Source of the DNA: an uncultured Bacilli bacterium
Lineage (GTDB): Bacteria > Bacillota_I > Bacilli_A > RF39 > UBA660
DNA: 64,000 bases
Assembly (NCBI GenBank): GCA_944372195.1
Contig: CALVYK010000006.1
Coordinates: forward strand, 3,458-67,457
Reading direction: 5' to 3'
Below the pieces are notes generated by a model. It was not told the DNA's origin, did no database searches, and saw nothing but the letters and a program-made list of their open reading frames with translations. A program made the translations under genes and the position numbers. Positions 8,652-17,680 of the stretch are shown here, piece after piece; the stretch's first letter is position 1, and each line of letters starts with the position of its first letter.

Positions 8652-8982
8652 GCTTTACCTCTTTCTTATCTTTAATTATAATATAGCATATATTAATTAT
8701 TTTGTCAAGTAGTTTTTTAAAAATATTATTTTTTTCTTTTTTATATTGAAATAGTTCATTATATATTTTTAAATCATCATAATACAACCAAATATAATCA
8801 ATATATATAAATTCACCTTGTCTATATTGTTTAATCTCTGTACATATCGCAGGGAATTTTAAAGGTGTATTTAAACTTTCACAACAAATTAAATTAATAT
8901 CTTGCGTAATTATGTTGTTATTAAATTCCTTAAAAGCTTCAATATCTGCAATAAGCATTGGTAATTTTATATTTAATTTCAT
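8632..8982 (-). CDS. Hypothetical protein
   Basis: Track ORF; its 3' end runs through the next promoter (-35 at 8703-8708). Confidence 0.55.
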   Translation of the reverse strand: MKLNIKLPMLIADIEAFKEFNNNIITQDINLICCESLNTPLKFPAICTEIKQYRQGEFIYIDYIWLYYDDLKIYNELFQYKKEKNNIFKKLLDKIINICYIIIKDKKEVKREFKRV

Positions 8983-8992
8983 TTTAAACCCC

Positions 8993-9598
8993 TTATTTGA
9001 AATTAGAATGATTGAATTTTATTACATAACCGTCAAAATCAACATCTTTTAGAACATATATTTTATTTTCCATTAAAATATTCTTTGATAAGCCATTGTT
9101 AAAAAGACCTGTTGTATTTTCTACATTATCACATATAAATTTCATACTTCTTTCAAAAAAGCTATCTATATTTTTTAAGTATGGTTTTTGCTTATCAATA
9201 ATATCATCTATTTTTTTCTGTGTTTTTCCTAAAAAATCCTCTTTTAACCATTGTTCTTTAGCAATAATGGTAAACATATTGCTTGGAACATTTATTTGTT
9301 TAATTTTTTTGCTTTTATTATTTAAAAGATATTCAAATTTCATAATTTTAGATAAAAAATCAACTTTATTAGGATTGATTATCCTTTTTTTTATTTGATT
9401 TCCAATTACGAATAAATAGGTATTATATATTTCATATATATAATTATAAAACCCATAGCCGTTTAAAATTAGGGTGTTGTCTATATTTTTATTCTCTACA
9501 TCCGATAAAATATAACTATAACCTTCATCTTTATATATTTTACCCAAATATCTTATATCTTTTTTTGTTAGCTTCTTTGGTAAATCTAAAATTATCAC
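8993..9598 (-). CDS. Hypothetical protein
   Basis: Track ORF; 201 aa in very AT-rich DNA. Confidence 0.6.
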   Translation of the reverse strand: MIILDLPKKLTKKDIRYLGKIYKDEGYSYILSDVENKNIDNTLILNGYGFYNYIYEIYNTYLFVIGNQIKKRIINPNKVDFLSKIMKFEYLLNNKSKKIKQINVPSNMFTIIAKEQWLKEDFLGKTQKKIDDIIDKQKPYLKNIDSFFERSMKFICDNVENTTGLFNNGLSKNILMENKIYVLKDVDFDGYVIKFNHSNFK

Positions 9599-9617
9599 AT
9601 TAAACCCCTGTTCTATT

Positions 9618-9905
9618 TTACATTTTTACCATATCAGAATTATATTTTGTAAAATAAAATTTGTCAAGTACATTTTTTCTAAATTCTTTTCCTACACTTT
9701 GGTTTGAAAAATGAGCCTTAAATAATTTTAAAGCAACATTAATATCAACATTATAATATTTATAAAGTGTACCCTTTTTGAATAAAATTCTTAATTCTTT
9801 GTTAATAGGGTCATAATTAATTATAGATAAATTAGAGCTATTAACTTTTACAGTAACAGTTTCTCCGCTTTGAAATTTGTCTTTTAATTTTTTTAACACA
9901 TCCAT
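9618..9905 (-). CDS. KTSC-domain-like protein
   Basis: SNLSIINYDPINKELRILFKKGTLYKYYNVD...FKAH..SVGKEF resembles the KTSC domain pattern as recalled from memory. Confidence 0.5.
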   Translation of the reverse strand: MDVLKKLKDKFQSGETVTVKVNSSNLSIINYDPINKELRILFKKGTLYKYYNVDINVALKLFKAHFSNQSVGKEFRKNVLDKFYFTKYNSDMVKM

Positions 9906-9961
9906 TTTGAACCTCTTTCTTTATATCTTTTATTATAAAATACCATGACTTTATAATTTTG

Positions 9962-10588
9962 TCAACCCCAAAATTTATTTTCATCATTATTATCTTCATT
10001 ATTATCATTATTATCATCAAATATAGGAAATTCAATTTTTATACCCTTATGGTTTGGTAAAATTTGTGTAAGGATTTTATTATCTAAATTTATATCTAGT
10101 TTTTTATCTTGTGTATTACTTTTTTCTTTGGCGGATTGTTTCTCTTTTTCCTGTTGTTCCTCAATAAAATTTTTATTTTTTTCAAGATTATCATTATAAA
10201 TTTTATCATTATTGTTATAAATGTTATTGTATTCTTTAATTAAATCTTTTTGAATTTCGTCTAATATCCTTGTTTGAATATATTTTTTTAAGTTCGGTTT
10301 ATCTTCGATTGTTTCTAAAATCATTTTAATAACAGGATGTGTATAAAATTTGTGAGAATTTTTGCCTCTAGCTTTTAGGGAATCATAGAACCGAGCTATT
10401 TCTACTGACGAATTAGAGAAGCCGAGCATATTAAGCTCTAGGTTCATTTGTTCTACAAAGTTTAATATCTTGTTTCTACCAGTTATAGTTTTTACATCAA
10501 AACTGCTGATTAACAAATCTTCATCATCACCATTCAAAATCTTTTTTATGAAATCGTTATTTTCAAATTCAAGCATAAATATCCTCAT
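9962..10588 (-). CDS. Hypothetical protein with low-complexity acidic/Asn-rich C-terminus
   Basis: Track ORF; tandem TTGACA boxes upstream (10636-10641, 10650-10655). Confidence 0.6.
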   Translation of the reverse strand: MRIFMLEFENNDFIKKILNGDDEDLLISSFDVKTITGRNKILNFVEQMNLELNMLGFSNSSVEIARFYDSLKARGKNSHKFYTHPVIKMILETIEDKPNLKKYIQTRILDEIQKDLIKEYNNIYNNNDKIYNDNLEKNKNFIEEQQEKEKQSAKEKSNTQDKKLDINLDNKILTQILPNHKGIKIEFPIFDDNNDNNEDNNDENKFWG

Positions 10589-10644
10589 TGTGTAATGACT
10601 AAATTATATAAATATAATAACATAAAATTTAATTTTGTCAACTC

Positions 10645-10684
10645 AAAAATGTCAAAATAAAATCCAAAAAAGGACATGTAAAAA
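10645..10684. repeat. 40-bp dispersed repeat, copy 2
   Basis: Near-identical to 465-504; abuts the 3' end of tRNA-Cys. Confidence 0.8.
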
Positions 10685-10757
10685 GGGTGAGATTGGACTT
10701 GAACCAATGAATACAGAATTTGCAATTCTGTGTGTTATGCCACTTCACCACTCACCC
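10684..10757 (-). tRNA. tRNA-Cys (GCA)
   Basis: Hand-folded cloverleaf: acceptor GGGTGAG/CTCACCC, anticodon arm CAGAA-TTGCAAA-TTCTG, T arm ATTGG-TTCAAGT-CCAAT, discriminator U73. Confidence 0.85.
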
Positions 10758-10763
10758 ATAATA

Positions 10764-10835
10764 TGGAAGTATTAGGACTCGAACCTAAAACCAAGTGGTT
10801 ATGAGCCACCTGCTCTGCCATTGAGCTATACTTCC
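10764..10835 (-). tRNA. tRNA-Met-type (CAT), elongator or Ile2-like
   Basis: Acceptor GGAAGTA/TACTTCC, D arm GCTC-AATGGCA-GAGC, anticodon loop CTCATAA, T arm TTAGG-TTCGAGT-CCTAA. Confidence 0.85.
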
Positions 10836-10865
10836 ATTTGTGAACTTTATATTATTATTATTATT

Positions 10866-10893
10866 ATTATAACATGTTTTTATGTTTTGTCAA
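10866..10893 (-). promoter_or_regulatory. Promoter TTGACA-N16-TATAAT driving the tRNA-Met/tRNA-Cys pair
   Basis: -35 at 10888-10893, -10 at 10866-10871. Confidence 0.65.
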
Positions 10894-11179
10894 TAGCCTT
10901 ATAACTTGCAATTTCTTTAGCGTCTTTTAAAATACTTTTATAAGTTCTATTTTTGGCTTTTTTGCATATTCTATTAAATTCTTTACATATAATTTTATCT
11001 GTTATGTTATATGCTTTTAAAAAATCTTTTGGAGTTTCATACCTTTTACAAGATGTACAAAAAAACTTATTATCTGGTGGCAAATCATTAAATTCACCAT
11101 CTGTATCATTAAATAAAAAAAGTTTACCACATTTTTTACAAACCGTATAGGTATAACCTGAAAAGTTTTTGTTTATCAT
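10880..11179 (-). CDS. Zinc-ribbon protein
   Basis: CKKCGK ... CTSCKR cysteine pairs. Confidence 0.55.
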   Translation of the reverse strand: MINKNFSGYTYTVCKKCGKLFLFNDTDGEFNDLPPDNKFFCTSCKRYETPKDFLKAYNITDKIICKEFNRICKKAKNRTYKSILKDAKEIASYKAIDKT

Positions 11180-11205
11180 GAACTATCCTTCTATTAACCA
11201 TAAAT

Positions 11206-11691
11206 TTAACTATGCACTTGTAAAACTATTATATCATTATTTGTGAACATGTCAACATTATTTTTATCATCATCTAAAGCAAACAAAGTGTCATATTCTT
11301 CAATTATATCATTTAACATATCTTGCTTTATAGTTTCACTGGGTCTAAAATCATTATATTTTCTCATATACAAAATATAGTCTAATTCTGTAATAGGGAA
11401 AATATCTTGTAATAAAATCTTTGTATTTTCTTTAATTTTACCTGTCGTTTCATCTTCTCTTGAAGTTAGAAATATTAGTTTAGGGCTGTTAAATATAAAA
11501 TCACTAATATATGTAGATATTAAATCTACAACTATTCCTATGGGTTCAAAGTAAGATGGGTCATAATACTTCATATCTTTTTGAAATTTATCCCAAGATT
11601 GTCTATTGTTATCAATAGGATGACTAATATTTAAAGTGCTTTTAGCTATAGTTGAGTCTATATCTACTAATATACATGTTTCTTTTTTCAT
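11206..11691 (-). CDS. HAD-superfamily phosphatase-like protein
   Basis: N-terminal ILVDIDSTIA (DxDxT) and C-terminal ALDDDKNNV motifs. Confidence 0.55.
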   Translation of the reverse strand: MKKETCILVDIDSTIAKSTLNISHPIDNNRQSWDKFQKDMKYYDPSYFEPIGIVVDLISTYISDFIFNSPKLIFLTSREDETTGKIKENTKILLQDIFPITELDYILYMRKYNDFRPSETIKQDMLNDIIEEYDTLFALDDDKNNVDMFTNNDIIVLQVHS

Positions 11692-11710
11692 TGTTACCTT
11701 TCTACATAAA

Positions 11711-12064
11711 TTATAAATAAGGTCTTATTTCATTCAATTTATAAACTATTTTTAGATTAGTAAAATAGTCATATTCATAGCAACCACAATTTTCATAGTT
11801 GCCTTTAATATAACTCCAAATAATCTTATTATTTTTAGCAAATACAATAGTAAAAATAGTATCATTATTTCGCCAATTGATACCTATTTCATCTGTATTA
11901 TATAATCCAATTTGAGGAATAATACTATCATATTCTAAATAATTCACAAACGAATTAAAATTATGTAAAGAAATTTTATCAATATTAATATAATCTTCTT
12001 CACAATCAGAAATTAATTTATTTAATTGTTTTAATAAAATATTTTTAATACTACCATAAGTCAT
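11711..12064 (-). CDS. Hypothetical protein
   Basis: Track ORF. Confidence 0.55.
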   Translation of the reverse strand: MTYGSIKNILLKQLNKLISDCEEDYINIDKISLHNFNSFVNYLEYDSIIPQIGLYNTDEIGINWRNNDTIFTIVFAKNNKIIWSYIKGNYENCGCYEYDYFTNLKIVYKLNEIRPYL

Positions 12065-12087
12065 ACTGTTATCCTATATTATATATT

Positions 12088-12159
12088 CGCAAGTTAAAGG
12101 ATTTGAACCTTTACCAATGGTTTTGGAGACCATCATGCTACCATTAACACCAAACTTGC
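12088..12159 (-). tRNA. tRNA-Trp (CCA)
   Basis: Acceptor GCAAGTT/AACTTGC, anticodon arm ATGGT-CTCCAAA-ACCAT, T arm AAAGG-TTCAAAT-CCTTT, discriminator G73. Confidence 0.8.
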
Positions 12160-12228
12160 TAATTTTCTATATTTCTATTCTTGCAACTCTTGTATTAATA
12201 ATCAATTTTTCTTTTTCTCTCTTGGTAT

Positions 12229-12801
12229 TCATAGCAGGTCGCTATCCTTATTTTCATTTTTTATTGTATCTCGGGCAGTTGTTAATAAATTATATGCTTT
12301 AGTTACTCTTTCCGCATTATCAATTAAGTATTGCCTTAAATCAGCATAAGCTTTTAGTTGTCCTCCTGTTATATTGCCATTTTTATGATGATACGCCCAT
12401 GCACCTTTAGGATTAACTAATTCTATAAACCAAGCTCTAGCCGATGTAGGCATTTTATATTCTAATTCCCAATCAATAGCAAATATACCGCATAACATAT
12501 TTAATTCCCATGTGCCTTTAGTACCCATTTCTTCACCAACCCAATTTCTCATTACTAAGTCTAAGTATTCTAATACTTGATAAAAACCTTTAGGGTAATT
12601 TTCTCGTCTATTTACTATATTGGTATTAATTTCTTTGTAGGATATTTCTATTCTACTTTTTAATATTTTGTTTTCTTCTTCTAATTCTTTAACATGCTTC
12701 ATCAGCTCAATATTCATATCAGTTTTTTCTGTACATTCTTTTTGTAGGCGTTCTATAGTTTGCTTATAATCTTCAATTAGCGACTCAATTTTTTTATTCA
12801 T
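12229..12801 (-). CDS. Hypothetical protein with N-terminal coiled coil
   Basis: Track ORF. Confidence 0.6.
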   Translation of the reverse strand: MNKKIESLIEDYKQTIERLQKECTEKTDMNIELMKHVKELEEENKILKSRIEISYKEINTNIVNRRENYPKGFYQVLEYLDLVMRNWVGEEMGTKGTWELNMLCGIFAIDWELEYKMPTSARAWFIELVNPKGAWAYHHKNGNITGGQLKAYADLRQYLIDNAERVTKAYNLLTTARDTIKNENKDSDLL

Positions 12802-12882
12802 TACTTCACCTCACTTATCTTTTGTAGGGCTTCTTGTGCACTTTCATTATCATAATACACTTTATATTTACATTGATTAAAT

Positions 12883-13107
12883 TCACCCCCGTATAGCCCA
12901 AATATCTGTACTTATTGCCGAGCCGTTAATTTTTTCAGATGTATATAGATTATCAGGCATTTTACTTCCTGCATAATATTTTAGTGCTTCCTCTGCAATC
13001 TTTAGCTTTTGTTTAAGTATTCCGTTTTCTTTTTCAAGCTCAATTTCTCGTGGAGTTTTAAGGTTCATATATAATTTTCCACATTTTTCACATTCAAAAT
13101 TAGTCAT
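12883..13107 (-). CDS. Hypothetical small protein
   Basis: Track ORF; FECEKCGK motif. Confidence 0.5.
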   Translation of the reverse strand: MTNFECEKCGKLYMNLKTPREIELEKENGILKQKLKIAEEALKYYAGSKMPDNLYTSEKINGSAISTDIWAIRG

Positions 13108-13495
13108 TTTTACCGTCCTTTGTTTTGTTGATAATGTTTAATATTTTATTTGCAAATTTTGCTCTATCAGTTTTTCTTGTTTTCCAATGAAAAGTGCAAG
13201 TTTCATCTATATACACTTCCCATTCTTTACTTGATTTATTACATATCTTCTCAATCTTATCAAGTGCTTGCTTGTAATGTTGGAGTTCGTCATCTTTATC
13301 ACAAAATTTTTGAAAACCAATATTCCATTTTTCTTTCCATTTCTCGCATTCTTGCTCTTTATTCTTTATATGTTCTTTTAGCTTATTTATTATATAACAT
13401 ATATCTCCTTGTACTTCAGATGTTACAAAATCAAGTGATTTTTCTATGACTTCATCAAAATCATAGATAATAATTTCTTCTTTATCTGTCATCAT
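13100..13495 (-). CDS. Hypothetical protein, MTDKEEIII paralog family
   Basis: MMTDKEEIIIYD ... KEQECEKWK. Confidence 0.6.
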   Translation of the reverse strand: MMTDKEEIIIYDFDEVIEKSLDFVTSEVQGDICYIINKLKEHIKNKEQECEKWKEKWNIGFQKFCDKDDELQHYKQALDKIEKICNKSSKEWEVYIDETCTFHWKTRKTDRAKFANKILNIINKTKDGKND

Positions 13496-13644
13496 TCACC
13501 GCCCTTTACTTTTTTAATAATATCTAAAATTTTCTTAACAAAACATTCATATTCACAACTAATACAATCGTCCCAATATTCGCAATCTGCTTCATTTTTA
13601 ATTATATTTTCTATTTGTTCTATGTACGCTTTATCGTTAATCAT
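13492..13644 (-). CDS. Hypothetical 50-aa Cys-rich protein (below track cut-off)
   Basis: Hand-translated MINDKAYIEQIENIIKNEADCEYWDDCISCEYECFVKKILDIIKKVKGGE; ATGA overlap with the next start. Confidence 0.45.
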   Translation of the reverse strand: MINDKAYIEQIENIIKNEADCEYWDDCISCEYECFVKKILDIIKKVKGGE

Positions 13645-13647
13645 ATT

Positions 13648-14070
13648 TTATACATCCTTAATTATTTGTAGAATATCATATCCTGCTGTTTTAGATTGAA
13701 TAGAATCATTAATATCAAAATCTGTGTTATTATAAATATATTCCTCAATCTCATCAAGGGCTTTTTTATATCTTTGAGCCTTATTTCCTAAATTTCGCCA
13801 CATTTCCCTTTCACCTGTTCTTATATCAGTCAAGGCAACTTTAAATTCAGGGGTTTCTAACATTTTTGAATAAGTTTCTATTTGAGCTTTCAAATCCTCA
13901 CATTCTTTAGACTTATCAGCTAGAGCTTTGTTATAATCTTCTACTTCTTCTGCTTTTTGGTCTTTTATTTTTATGGCTATATTTATTAAACCTATAGACC
14001 ATATTCGTTCTTTACCCCCACTCACGTCCATATCATCATTTTTTATTTTTTCTTTATCTGTCATTTTCAT
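13648..14070 (-). CDS. Hypothetical protein, MTDKE paralog family
   Basis: MKMTDKEKIKND ... SKECEDLK. Confidence 0.6.
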   Translation of the reverse strand: MKMTDKEKIKNDDMDVSGGKERIWSIGLINIAIKIKDQKAEEVEDYNKALADKSKECEDLKAQIETYSKMLETPEFKVALTDIRTGEREMWRNLGNKAQRYKKALDEIEEYIYNNTDFDINDSIQSKTAGYDILQIIKDV

Positions 14071-14173
14071 TTTTCCCTTTTTGTGTTAAAATATCTTTTA
14101 TTTTTATTGTATACCTTAATTTTAACATAAAAATATAATAAGTCAAGTATTAATTAGTGAATGTAATTTTGTC

Positions 14174-14539
14174 CTACACTTCCCAATCTTCGTTTTTAAT
14201 TGCTTGCTTAAATTTTTCACATTTTTCGGTTAAATCACTGTAATAGTAATCTATTGACAAATCATTATTTGTTTTATCTTGCATAAAATCATCTAAAATG
14301 CTATTTAATATGATTTTCTTTATATTTTTGCAATCAAAATAAATTTCTAACAGCTTCACAAAATTGTTATTATTTTTAAAATCGGGATATACATATTTAT
14401 AATTATTGCAAGGATTGTCGCCTCTTTCGCATTCATTATTAATTAAATATTTACACTTATTGCAGGTGAAATCTTGTACACGCTTTTTTTTAATTCCACA
14501 AATTTTACAAATTTGTTGTGATAAAGTTTTATTTGTCAT
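14174..14539 (-). CDS. Cys-rich (zinc-binding?) protein
   Basis: CKICG...CNKCKYLINNECERGDNPC. Confidence 0.55.
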   Translation of the reverse strand: MTNKTLSQQICKICGIKKKRVQDFTCNKCKYLINNECERGDNPCNNYKYVYPDFKNNNNFVKLLEIYFDCKNIKKIILNSILDDFMQDKTNNDLSIDYYYSDLTEKCEKFKQAIKNEDWEV

Positions 14540-14563
14540 TTTGAAACATATCCTTTATTTTTT

Positions 14564-15268
14564 TTATTTCGCTTTTTTTGGTTTGCAATACTTATGGAAT
14601 GACTTTAATGGAATAAAGTCGACTCTTTGAAATTCTTTAGCTACTACACACTTAAATTGTTGTTCTTCCCTAGAATATTTTAAATAAGGAGTTCCTGCTT
14701 CTAAATTTTTATCTTTATAATCATACTTTATATTAGGGTTTATTCTATGTTTTTTCATATATGCTTTACAATTTTCAGAGTCTGAACCTTGTGGTTTAGC
14801 AACATCTTTTAAACCAATATCTATTGCAATTTTGTCTAATTTAGAAAACGGCTTAATAGTACCATTCGTCCTAAAAATTTTGTCACTATCAAAATAAGTT
14901 TCGAAAGAATAAACTAATTCGCCGTCCTGATAAAAGTCCATAGTACCTTTTGATTTAGTTGTTCGTATATAACAACCTTCGATACCCATCTTTTCTACTT
15001 CTGCAACCATTAACGAATAAAGACCCTTAGGTCTATCGAAAAACAAAAAGTTAAAGGTACTGAATACATCTAATATATTTACACCAATACGTTCAAGCGG
15101 ATAATCTGCTTTTTCAAATGTATATCCGTCTTTTTGAAATGTATATCCTGCTGGTCGAAATGCGTAACCTTCTCTTTCGAATGACTTGTCGTCTTGTTGT
15201 TCAACTTCATGTACATCATTTCGATGTAAATATGCTAAAATTTTTTGGCTAAGTTTTTTAATGTTCAT
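14564..15268 (-). CDS. Hypothetical protein with N-terminal GYxF repeats
   Basis: EREGYAFRPAGYTFQKDGYTFEKADYPLE. Confidence 0.6.
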   Translation of the reverse strand: MNIKKLSQKILAYLHRNDVHEVEQQDDKSFEREGYAFRPAGYTFQKDGYTFEKADYPLERIGVNILDVFSTFNFLFFDRPKGLYSLMVAEVEKMGIEGCYIRTTKSKGTMDFYQDGELVYSFETYFDSDKIFRTNGTIKPFSKLDKIAIDIGLKDVAKPQGSDSENCKAYMKKHRINPNIKYDYKDKNLEAGTPYLKYSREEQQFKCVVAKEFQRVDFIPLKSFHKYCKPKKAK

Positions 15269-15398
15269 TTTTTTATCCTTGAATAATCATATTTAATTTA
15301 ATTTAAAATTGACGGTTCATTATTTCAATATATTCTTTTAATTCTTTTGATAAATCCATAACTCCAACAAGTTTACCAATGGTATAAGTTTACAATAT

Positions 15399-15989
15399 CT
15401 AGTTAATCCATTTAATAACTGTATCACCTTTATAACCCTTTTCCCATACAAACCAAGCATAAGCTACTGCACTTGAAGGGTATTTATCAAAATCACCATT
15501 TTTAGCACAAGGAATACGACCACTGCAAACATAAACTACTTTAGGTGGATATTTTTTAAATAACTCCTTTCTTGCTTTACCTTCTAAAAATGTAAGTTTG
15601 AGAAACATACAAACTTTTCTACCCTCTTCAATTAATTCAAGAGCTTTTTCAACAAATTCTTTAGCATATTTATATGGTGGATTGGTAACAATATCACCGT
15701 TATTATATAGCTCTTTATTAAGCAAGAAATCTTCAATGTTTCCATAACCTCTATCAATTAAATCTGTAGCTCTTTTAAGTTTTCCTGCTTTATCAAATAC
15801 TTTTGCTAAATGTCCTTCGCCACAGGCACATTCCCATATATTATCTAAATCTGGTTCAACTTCTAGTAATAGTTCTGCTGCTTTTGGGTCGGTAGCGTAA
15901 TAATCTTCTTTTTGTCGTTCTTCTAACGCATGATTTGAAGCCCCTAAACAAGTGTAAATAGCTTTATTGTTTCCTGTCCAATCTTTCAT
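15399..15989 (-). CDS. DNA methyltransferase (NPPY type, N6-adenine or N4-cytosine)
   Basis: Motif I-like ECACGEGHL followed by motif IV IVTNPPY. Confidence 0.75.
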   Translation of the reverse strand: MKDWTGNNKAIYTCLGASNHALEERQKEDYYATDPKAAELLLEVEPDLDNIWECACGEGHLAKVFDKAGKLKRATDLIDRGYGNIEDFLLNKELYNNGDIVTNPPYKYAKEFVEKALELIEEGRKVCMFLKLTFLEGKARKELFKKYPPKVVYVCSGRIPCAKNGDFDKYPSSAVAYAWFVWEKGYKGDTVIKWIN

Positions 15990-16118
15990 GTTTTACTCTT
16001 TCTTCTCTAAAATTTCTATTACAAAATGATTATAACAGAAAATTAATATTTTGTCAATAGCTTTTTTAAATACTAAAATAAAGATGTAAATATGTAATAT
16101 TTTTTACGGGTTTAAAAT

Positions 16119-16892
16119 ATGGATAAAAAATGCGGTCCAAGAATAAAATTAGATAATAAAAAGTTAAAAGCTTTATTTTCTGTGATGTTACAAGCACCAA
16201 CTCCAAAATATATAGCTTATGCATTAGGTATATCTAAAGTAGATACGGTAAGGTCATATATAGCTTCTGGCAATGCACTCATAGAAAAATTTGAAGAAGA
16301 ACTAGAACCATTAGATGATATTATACCAAATGAATTTGAACTTGTTTTTGAAGGTAGACAAGAAGAATTTGATGCAGAATTTCGTATTTTATATGGGTTA
16401 GAAAGTGATGCACAAATACCAGATAGATTAAATTTTAAATATGAACAATTTATATTAAATTCTAAAAGAAAATTTGTTGAAGGGCATATTGAACGCAAAG
16501 AAAAAGAAATACTTGATACTATTAAACTTTCTGATAACAAAGAATTAGATGAACAATATAAACTTTTAATAAGGTTTGCCCGTATTTACACTAGGGGTAA
16601 ATGTGTAGTAGAAATGGGCTTATTAAATAGCATTAACAAACATAGTGTTACTGCAAAAAATGTTTCATTAGGTTTCAAGCTCTTACAAACATATAATAAA
16701 GAAGATTTTGGAGAAGAACAAACAATTAGACATGAAGGTTCAATAGATTTTAATAATAAATCTATTTTAAGCATTGCTTTAAACTGGGAACAAGAGCAAA
16801 AAGAAAAAGCAAAAATGTTAGAACAAAAAAATAATAATATAATAGATGTTACCCCTACAAAACTAATAGAAGTTAAAAATGAAGATGAATAA
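16119..16892 (+). CDS. Hypothetical HTH-containing protein (regulator or small-terminase-like)
   Basis: 257-aa ORF in AT-rich DNA. It is the only plus-strand gene in a 45-kb minus-strand block. The N-terminus YIAYALGISKVDTVRSYI looks like an HTH. Confidence 0.5.
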   Translation: MDKKCGPRIKLDNKKLKALFSVMLQAPTPKYIAYALGISKVDTVRSYIASGNALIEKFEEELEPLDDIIPNEFELVFEGRQEEFDAEFRILYGLESDAQIPDRLNFKYEQFILNSKRKFVEGHIERKEKEILDTIKLSDNKELDEQYKLLIRFARIYTRGKCVVEMGLLNSINKHSVTAKNVSLGFKLLQTYNKEDFGEEQTIRHEGSIDFNNKSILSIALNWEQEQKEKAKMLEQKNNNIIDVTPTKLIEVKNEDE

Positions 16893-16899
16893 TACTTTA

Positions 16900-17154
16900 C
16901 TATTGTCTTTGTATTATTAATCTTACCTTAATATTATTAGCTAAATCATTATCTAAATTATCTAAATTATCTTTAGACTCTCTACAAAATTCATCTTTTT
17001 CTGGACTTCTTAATAAAATATTTTTAGCCTTTTTGTATTCATAAGATTTAATATCTTTTGTACTATTATAATTGTCAACCTCATTGCCTGTAAATTGGTT
17101 AGTACAAATAATATAACCATTTTTAGCAAAATAATCATATACTGGTCTTATCAT
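16900..17154 (-). CDS. Hypothetical protein
   Basis: Track ORF; abuts the previous gene. Confidence 0.5.
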   Translation of the reverse strand: MIRPVYDYFAKNGYIICTNQFTGNEVDNYNSTKDIKSYEYKKAKNILLRSPEKDEFCRESKDNLDNLDNDLANNIKVRLIIQRQ

Positions 17155-17465
17155 TATGTTACCTCATATCCTTCTTCATCTTCATTATCATACTCGTCTA
17201 TCTTAGTATATTCTTCATCATTTAGTTTATTTTGCCTTATAAAATAAGAGTCTGGAGAATTAAACCAAAAATCTTGGCAATTAGATAAAACACTAAACAT
17301 TAGTTGTACTTTACATACTTCAAACATTAAGGTTATACCATTAGACGTTTCATCATACATTAAATTATAGTTAAACCATCCGTATAATGTATTACTTTCT
17401 ATATGTAGCCTTATGGAATGCCCAAATAAACAAAAACCAAATGTAAATCCAAAAATATTAGCCAT
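17154..17465 (-). CDS. Hypothetical protein
   Basis: Track ORF. Confidence 0.5.
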   Translation of the reverse strand: MANIFGFTFGFCLFGHSIRLHIESNTLYGWFNYNLMYDETSNGITLMFEVCKVQLMFSVLSNCQDFWFNSPDSYFIRQNKLNDEEYTKIDEYDNEDEEGYEVT

Positions 17466-17476
17466 TATTTTTTACC

Positions 17477-17680
17477 CTATTGATATTTTATTCTAAACGC
17501 CTCAAAATCATCTAGTATATCTTTACAAGTATCTTTTAAGGCTACTACAGCTACTCTATCCCGATAAAATAGAGGATTAATTTTTATATAATTTAGTAAG
17601 AAAAATGATATAAAATCATATTTAATAAACATATTATAAAATTTGATTATCTTATCCATATTAACCCTCTTAAATTTCAT
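17477..17680 (-). CDS. Hypothetical protein
   Basis: Track ORF; overlaps the upstream gene end by 11 nt. Confidence 0.5.
   Translation of the reverse strand: MKFKRVNMDKIIKFYNMFIKYDFISFFLLNYIKINPLFYRDRVAVVALKDTCKDILDDFEAFRIKYQ

Noticed and set aside
12117-12302. Track ORF 12117-12302 (+)
   Set aside because: It overlaps tRNA-Trp (12088-12159) and the 3' end of CDS 12229-12801 on the opposite strand.
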